Position numbers and translations under genes: made by a program
Source: the human T2T-CHM13v2.0 reference genome, Homo sapiens
Length of the DNA: 64,000 bases
Assembly (NCBI RefSeq): GCF_009914755.1
Contig: NC_060947.1
Reading direction: 5' to 3' (one strand)
The notes under the pieces: model-generated
Database searches by the model: none
What the model was told of the DNA's origin: nothing
What the model saw: the letters and a program-made list of their open reading frames with translations, nothing else
Shown: piece by piece, positions 57,963 to 64,000 of the stretch
Layout: each line of letters begins with the position of its first letter
How positions within the stretch are numbered: position 1 is the stretch's first letter

Positions 57963-60141
57963 CTACTCAGGAGGCTTAGGCGGGAGGATTGCTCAAGCCC
58001 AGGAGTTCGAGGCTGAAGCGACCCACATGCACACCGTCACACTCCAGCCTGAGTGACAAACTGAAACCCTGTCTCAAAAAAAAAAAAAAAAAAAAAAAAT
58101 CCCAGGCAAGTACTTTGAGTGGTTAGGCTGGGGTCACGTGAACTTTCTTTACCACAATCATTGTGGAAGAGAGGATGGGATACTGTGGTTTGCCTGACCT
58201 GGGTCACGTGCCTGGTGAAAGGCTCAGCAGTTTACAGAGATGGGCAGCCCTTCCAGAATCCCATGATTGCAGTGGAGGAGGGGCAGTTCAGCAAAGGAAA
58301 GAGCCAGGGAACTGTTATCAGAAGACAAGGAGTGCTGGCAGGAAAAACAAACAGCCAAATGCCTAGAGACCAGTGCACAAATACTCCCTCAGAATGAGAC
58401 TGGAGTGGGAGTCCTAGGACGGCCTGGAGGGGCCTGCAACAAACTGGAAATGATTTTGTGAGGTCTCAGTTTTATCTGTTTAAATTTGTGCTTGTTTTTA
58501 CAGAAAAACAATGCTGTAAATTATTTATTATGGATACCAAGCTGTGCTCTAGGAAATTGTGCCATCTATATTCTGTGGCTTTTGGCAACCCATGGGACAC
58601 TGTCTTATACCCTCAAGGGCTTGCATAGCCCACGTTGAGAAGGAAGACTTGACCTTAATTTCCTCCAGATTGCCCTGTGGTGACACCACATCCATTCCTC
58701 CAGTGCTTATGTCATTACCCCCTGCCTGGAATGTCCACCCCTGTCCTCTCTGCCTCTTCTGGCCCCACCTATCTTTTTTTTTTTTTTTAAAGAGATAGGG
58801 CCTTGCTTTGTTGACTAGGCTGGAGTGCAGTGGCCATTCATAGGCATAATCATGGCGCACTGCAGCCTGGAACTCCTGGGCCCAAGTGATCCTCCTCCCT
58901 CAGCCTCTGGCGTAGCTGGGCCTACAGGTGAACACTACCATGCCCAGCCCCACCCACTTTTGCAGGTGCTCATCAAGTCCCATATCCTTCATAGAGTCTT
59001 TCCAAGTCACTCCCTGTGTCCTTTAGACCCAGTATATTACAATGGAAAAAGCCCTGAAGCTCAAGGTTCAAGTTGTAACATTGCCCAATTCTCTGCACGA
59101 CCTCTCTGCGACTTATTTTCTCTCTCTGCAGCTTGGTTTTCTCTTCTGTAAAATGAGGGGCTGGACTTGTGTAAAATGAGGGTTTGTACCCTGTTAACAA
59201 AGGGAAGCCCTCAGCACCTTCTGCACCTGCCCCTCCTCAACCCCTCTTGGCATACTTCCAACTCTGAGAAGCAATCTCTGTACTGGCCAAATTCTAGGAC
59301 ATTTCACTGGTTCAGAAATTCAGCCGGGCGCAGGGGCTCACGCCTGTAATCCCAATACTTTGGGAGGCTGAGGTGGGAGTATCGCTTGAGCCCAGGAGTT
59401 CAAGACTAGCCTGGGCGATATAGTGAGACCCTGTCTCTCTGTCTTTCTCTATATATACATATATAGAAAGAAATTCAGGGGCTGAAGATTTTTTTTTCAC
59501 TGGTCAACGAAAGGGGCTTAAGATCAATGCTCAATTTGGAATGATTTCTCTCTCTCTCTCTTTCTCAGCCCTAGAGGCGAGACCTCCCATTTAGAAAGGG
59601 GTCCCTCCCACACTCTGCCCCTATTCCATACATTTTGTCCAGCAGGGACTAGAGTGAGCCCTAGGGGAAAGGAGGCCACTTAGATGGTTGCTTAGCAAAG
59701 CAGATTCTCTGTGTGGTCTGACCTGGCTCAGACGAAGGTCAAAGCCTCAGCTGATCCCTGCTCTGTACCCAGTGGCAGACAAAGTATTCGTGTGTTCAAG
59801 GCCTCTCTGGCTCAGTATCACCTTAACCTCCGCTTCTCCCCTACCCGCTCCTCTATCCACAAGTAACTAGCACAGAGGTAGGCACCCAGTAAATATGCTC
59901 TGATTGACAGAGTGTGGCAGATAAAAATGCTTATGCTCCTTAAAGAGGAGTACACACATTTAAGCATGGGGACCAGTTTGGTTGTATGATTGTATGTTCT
60001 TAAGCAGAACAAGGGCAGGGCATCAGAAAATTGGAGGAATGGTCTCCTGTATCTTTGTAAATGGATATGTGTATATATATTTGCCTCACAACTCAGCTTC
60101 TCCTTTAAGGAATATGATGGATCTATTTTGAAAGTAATGTC

Positions 60142-60473
<332 letters not shown>

Positions 60474-61383
60474 CTAGAGTGCCAAATATGTCCTTGGTGG
60501 GGGAACAGTTTCCCAAAATGCTACTAAAAAGATAGGAAGGAACTTAGATCCTCCTGTAATGTGTCTCTGTCCAAATCAGTGCCACTGAGGAACGCTAAAA
60601 CCTTGGTAGGTGCCCTTCAGACCATGGGCCAGGTACGTGACCAAATGGTTCCATCTCTTACCAGAACAAGGATCGCCTAAATTGGGGTGTCACATGTGTT
60701 CTGCAACACCAGAGTTACTATGGAGCTCAGCTGAATTTGCGGGAAAATGCAGGGGGGGCTTTACCCGCATCTGCAAGAAGTTGGCTGAGTGGAAATAACC
60801 TAAATAAGGTGTTTTCCTGACTTGGGCATATCTCAAACTGGCCAATGCGTCTTGAGGCCCTGGGCGAGCATCCAAGTACCACCTTCCTGAATTGCTACTA
60901 GAGGAAAAGGAGCCTGTTTCAGCTTTCTATACTTCTTTAAATGTTACTTTGATTAGACATAGATAGCAGTTTGTTTACTAATATTACTATTATAACTCTG
61001 TCGTGGTTATATTTTTTAGTTATACTTTCTCTTTTCTTTGCCAAGAGCAAATGAAAACACATTTGCACTGCAGATCCAACTGAAGTTGTACAAAGGTTTC
61101 CCAGATATGTTTGAAAAAGTATTCTAGGCCCACTGCTGGCCAAATAGGAAGTCTTCCCCCACCCTTATGTCAGGGGTTCATGCTTTAAAAAAAATACAAA
61201 CTCTTTTTAAAAATAAAATGTTTTATTATTGCTATAAAAGCAATGCATTTTATTGTTTATGCAAATATTACTTGGAAAATACATAAAAGTATAAAGAGAA
61301 AAACAAACATTACCTATAATTTTATACTATAATACTGTTACAAGTTTTGGTATATTTCTTCCTAGACTTTTCTCCATATGTTG

Positions 61384-61461
61384 ATACAAAACTATGGATG
61401 CAAAATGATCCCAATACACTTATATTACATATTCAGGAACATATTGCAAAAATAATTCTGC
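61384..61461 (-). ncRNA. MIR450B: pre-miR-450b (5p UUUUGCAAUAUGUUCCUGAAUA at 61430-61451)
   Basis: Reverse complement matches the recalled hsa-mir-450b hairpin; arms are self-complementary. Confidence 0.97.
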
Positions 61462-61539
61462 ATCTTACATTTATCACAGAAGTAAACCACAGATAGCCGC
61501 TGTTAGATTTTTTGCTTATTCCCTCCATCTTTTCATCTG

Positions 61540-61630
61540 TATATTGATACAAAACTATACATGCAAAATGTTCCCAATATATTTATAGTGCATATTAGGA
61601 ACACATCGCAAAAACAGTTTAGTATCGTTT
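61540..61630 (-). ncRNA. MIR450A1: pre-miR-450a-1 (5p UUUUGCGAUGUGUUCCUAAUAU at 61592-61613)
   Basis: Reverse complement matches the recalled hsa-mir-450a-1 hairpin. Confidence 0.97.
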
Positions 61631-61706
61631 TTGATTGCCTATAGTGACACAAGTCAGCGATAACCACCTCTAGACTTTTGGTATACTTCCTGATAGCCTC
61701 TTTTCC

Positions 61707-61806
61707 CCATATTATTGATACAAAACTATGAATGCAAAATGTCCCCAATACATTTATATTACATATTAGGAACACATCGCAAAAATAGTTTAGCATCTTT
61801 CTTTGG
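61707..61806 (-). ncRNA. MIR450A2: pre-miR-450a-2 (5p at 61763-61784, identical to that of a-1)
   Basis: Reverse complement matches the recalled hsa-mir-450a-2 hairpin. Confidence 0.97.
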
Positions 61807-61877
61807 TCACCTTTATACCACAACTCAGAGATAATCACAATAAAGTTTTTATATGTTTCCTCCTAGCCTTTTATCTG

Positions 61878-61955
61878 TATGTTGATACAAAACTATTCAT
61901 ACAGAATGCTCCCTATATACCTATATTGCAGAGATGGGAAAATATTTTGCACCTT
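61878..61955 (-). pseudogene. Degenerate fourth miR-450 paralog (5p seed region deleted)
   Basis: Shares TTGATACAAAACTAT, a 3p-arm-like and a loop-like sequence with units 1-3 at the same ~167-bp period; 5p arm ~11 nt shorter. Confidence 0.75.
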
Positions 61956-62539
61956 TTTTCAATCGCTAAATGTTTTATCAGGAGCACATTCTCATGACAT
62001 GAAAATTACTTTCAGAAACATTATTTTACATGAAAGCATCCTATTCTATTGTACTAGCTAGCTACGCTGTATTTTATTTGTCTAATCCTTTGTTGTTGGT
62101 CATTCAGGATGTTCCTAACTTCCATCCTTAAAATATTGAAATGAGCATCTTTATGCATTTTTTTTAACTGGGGCTTTCTGTTCATGTAGTTTTTATGGTT
62201 TTTCTTGACCACTTGTGTGGACTCAACATACTAAAAATGACCCTGTGTCTGTAATGCTTATAGCAAAGTGTTTTCCAGTTGTTTGCTTGAGCATAAATTC
62301 TTTATTTTAGCATTCTAGCACAAGTATAAAATCATATACCTTATGTAAGTTTCAATTCATTCAACAAACATTTAAAGCAATAAAGACACAAATAAAGGCA
62401 TTCCCATTACACTCCTATGAAAACACAACTCATCCTCCCACCCCATCCCATAGCAACCCCTTTCTTCTTTGCTTAGGGCCCACTTTCCTCCTGATCTTTT
62501 CATTGATTCGTCTTGTAATACTTACCACATGTTTTGCTA

Positions 62540-62636
62540 TGAAGATGAGTGGCTCCCAGACCTTTCAGTTATCAATCTGTCACAAGTGCACACTGGTATC
62601 TCGTGACATGATGATCCCCGAGATGTCTGAGATCTG
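62540..62636 (-). ncRNA. MIR542: pre-miR-542 (3p UGUGACAGAUUGAUAACUGAAA at 62563-62584; 5p at 62599-62621)
   Basis: Reverse complement matches the recalled hsa-mir-542 hairpin. Confidence 0.97.
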
Positions 62637-62733
62637 TGCATCCTTGACCGATCCCAAATTTCTGTATCACCCATGACCCCTAAAGACTTTTTAGAGAATT
62701 ATATTTTGACAACATAACAAGAAAACGTGGCAT

Positions 62734-62735
<2 letters not shown>

Positions 62736-62771
<36 letters not shown>
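62736..62771 (+). repeat. (CA)18 microsatellite
   Basis: Seen directly. Confidence 0.95.
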
Positions 62772-62772
<1 letters not shown>

Positions 62773-64000
62773 CCATGAAAAAGTAGAGAAAGAAGAAACT
62801 TCAGCTCTAATCCCACCACCCTTAAGTAACAAGTATGTCTGTTTTGCAGGTTTCCTCCAGGTTCTGCTCCTATTTTTCAATCATGGTGTCCATGTGATTT
62901 TGTGGCCCTGATTTTTTTTAAGTTGATATCATAAGCATTTTCCAGGTTTCTGTATATTCTCTATCATTATTATTTGCAATGGCTGAAAAAGGTTCCATTG
63001 AGTGAGTGACTAGATTAAGTCAACCCCTATAGCTTGACACTTCATTTGTTTCCTTAAGATAATTTGATTGAATCTACAGAAAATAACAAACATGGGACAG
63101 AGGTTTAAAATGAATTTAAATCATGCTTTTTTGGTTTGTGCAGATTGACTTGTACACGGCTGGGTAACTTATAGTCACTATTTAGTAATCCTGGGGCCAA
63201 TCTTGGGCCTCACCCAGGAAGTGTCCAATGTATAGGCCAAAGCTCATCATAAGACTAGCCAGTTTCACCGGGAATTTTTGTAACCAAACACATTCACCTC
63301 CATTTCCTGCTCTGGTCACTACTGCATAGTCGGTTCTGATGAACAGGTAATGACATAAGGAACACAGTATGAGGCCTGGAGGAAGAGCCCCCAGAGAGTA
63401 GCCTCAGACAAATCCTTAACCTCCAGAGGCCCCAGTTTTCTTGTCTGTAATTATTTTTTGGACTGCCTTAACTCTGTTTGTCTTTCAAGGTTGTCACAAA
63501 TTAAAAAAAGAAAAAAAAGAAAAAACAAAGTATTTGGAAAAGTATGTAAACACACGATACAAAGGCAAGATGTTGGGATACTGATGATTCTGTGGCCACG
63601 CCTTTAGAAGGTCTGGTCTTAGGGTAATAGTCTTGTCTGGATGGCAGGTGGGGGTGGACATGGGGGAACAGGTGAGGGAGCTGCCTTGGGAGACTCAGGC
63701 TTCAAAGCAACCCAGACTCTCACTGGCAGGTTGCTGCAGTGTTCTGAGCTCCCTGACTCCAGCAGTGGAGCCAAGGCCATGTTTCCAAACACCCACCAAC
63801 TGCTCAGATTATAGAGCTCAGTAGTGGAAGGGGGAGTGCTCAAAGGCCCAAGCAACCACAGGAAGTGGAAGTCTTTCGGGGCTCCTCCCTCTTGGCTCAA
63901 TTTACTATCCCCACAGGGGTTTTAAGCCTGGCTGAACTTGCCAAAGAGATCAGCTGTGGAGCTGGGGAGGAGGGAAAAGGTGGCAGATAGGTGAAATATT

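Larger units (their letters stand above)
61205..62170 (-). mobile_element. Ancient L1ME-like 3' end surrounding and including the miR-450 array
   Basis: Flanks resemble the recalled L1ME4 3'-end consensus (GAAAATACATAAAAGTATAAAGAGAAAA...; GTTGGTCATTCAGGATGTTCC...ATGAGCATCTTT). Confidence 0.55.

Noticed and set aside
59672-59692. CTCF-like GCCACTTAGATGGTTGC (and GCCACTGAGGAACGC near 60581)
   Set aside because: Needs an indel or several mismatches to fit the motif; not supportable from sequence alone
61340-61960. Regularly spaced 15-nt repeats resembling a CRISPR array
   Set aside because: Spacers are mutually homologous, the units are miRNA hairpins, the DNA is mammalian and there are no cas genes
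63600-64000. Possible MIR503HG exon or the miR-503/424 hairpins
   Set aside because: No miR-503 or miR-424 sequence found; they should lie beyond the window, and host exon boundaries cannot be defined from sequence

Overview
Human (or near-identical primate) Xq26 DNA. It holds the 3' half of HPRT1 on the + strand: part of intron 3 and exons 4-9, with an intact reading frame (aa 107-218 plus TAA), canonical GT-AG splice sites and a 3' UTR ending near 21,827. About 40 kb of repeat-rich intergenic DNA follows. At the far end is the distal part of the miR-424/503/542/450 cluster on the - strand (MIR450B, MIR450A1, MIR450A2, MIR542). Also present: the forensic STRs HPRTB and DXS10101, an RPL36A retrocopy nested in an old L1 and itself split by an Alu, a tailed 28S rRNA 3'-end retrocopy, a solo LTR8A-like LTR, a fragmented HAL1-like element with a ~58-bp degenerate tandem array, about 50 Alu copies or fragments (only some are listed) and several MER/MLT/L1 remnants. 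The supplied ORFs are almost all Alu, low-complexity or L1 artefacts. The most notable observation is that the three miR-450 genes are units 1-3 of a four-unit ~167-bp tandem array. The fourth unit has lost its seed region, and the array appears to derive from an ancient L1ME 3' end by local inverted duplication. I found no evidence of a wholly new biological system. Gene, miRNA and repeat names were assigned by recognition from memory, not by database search.
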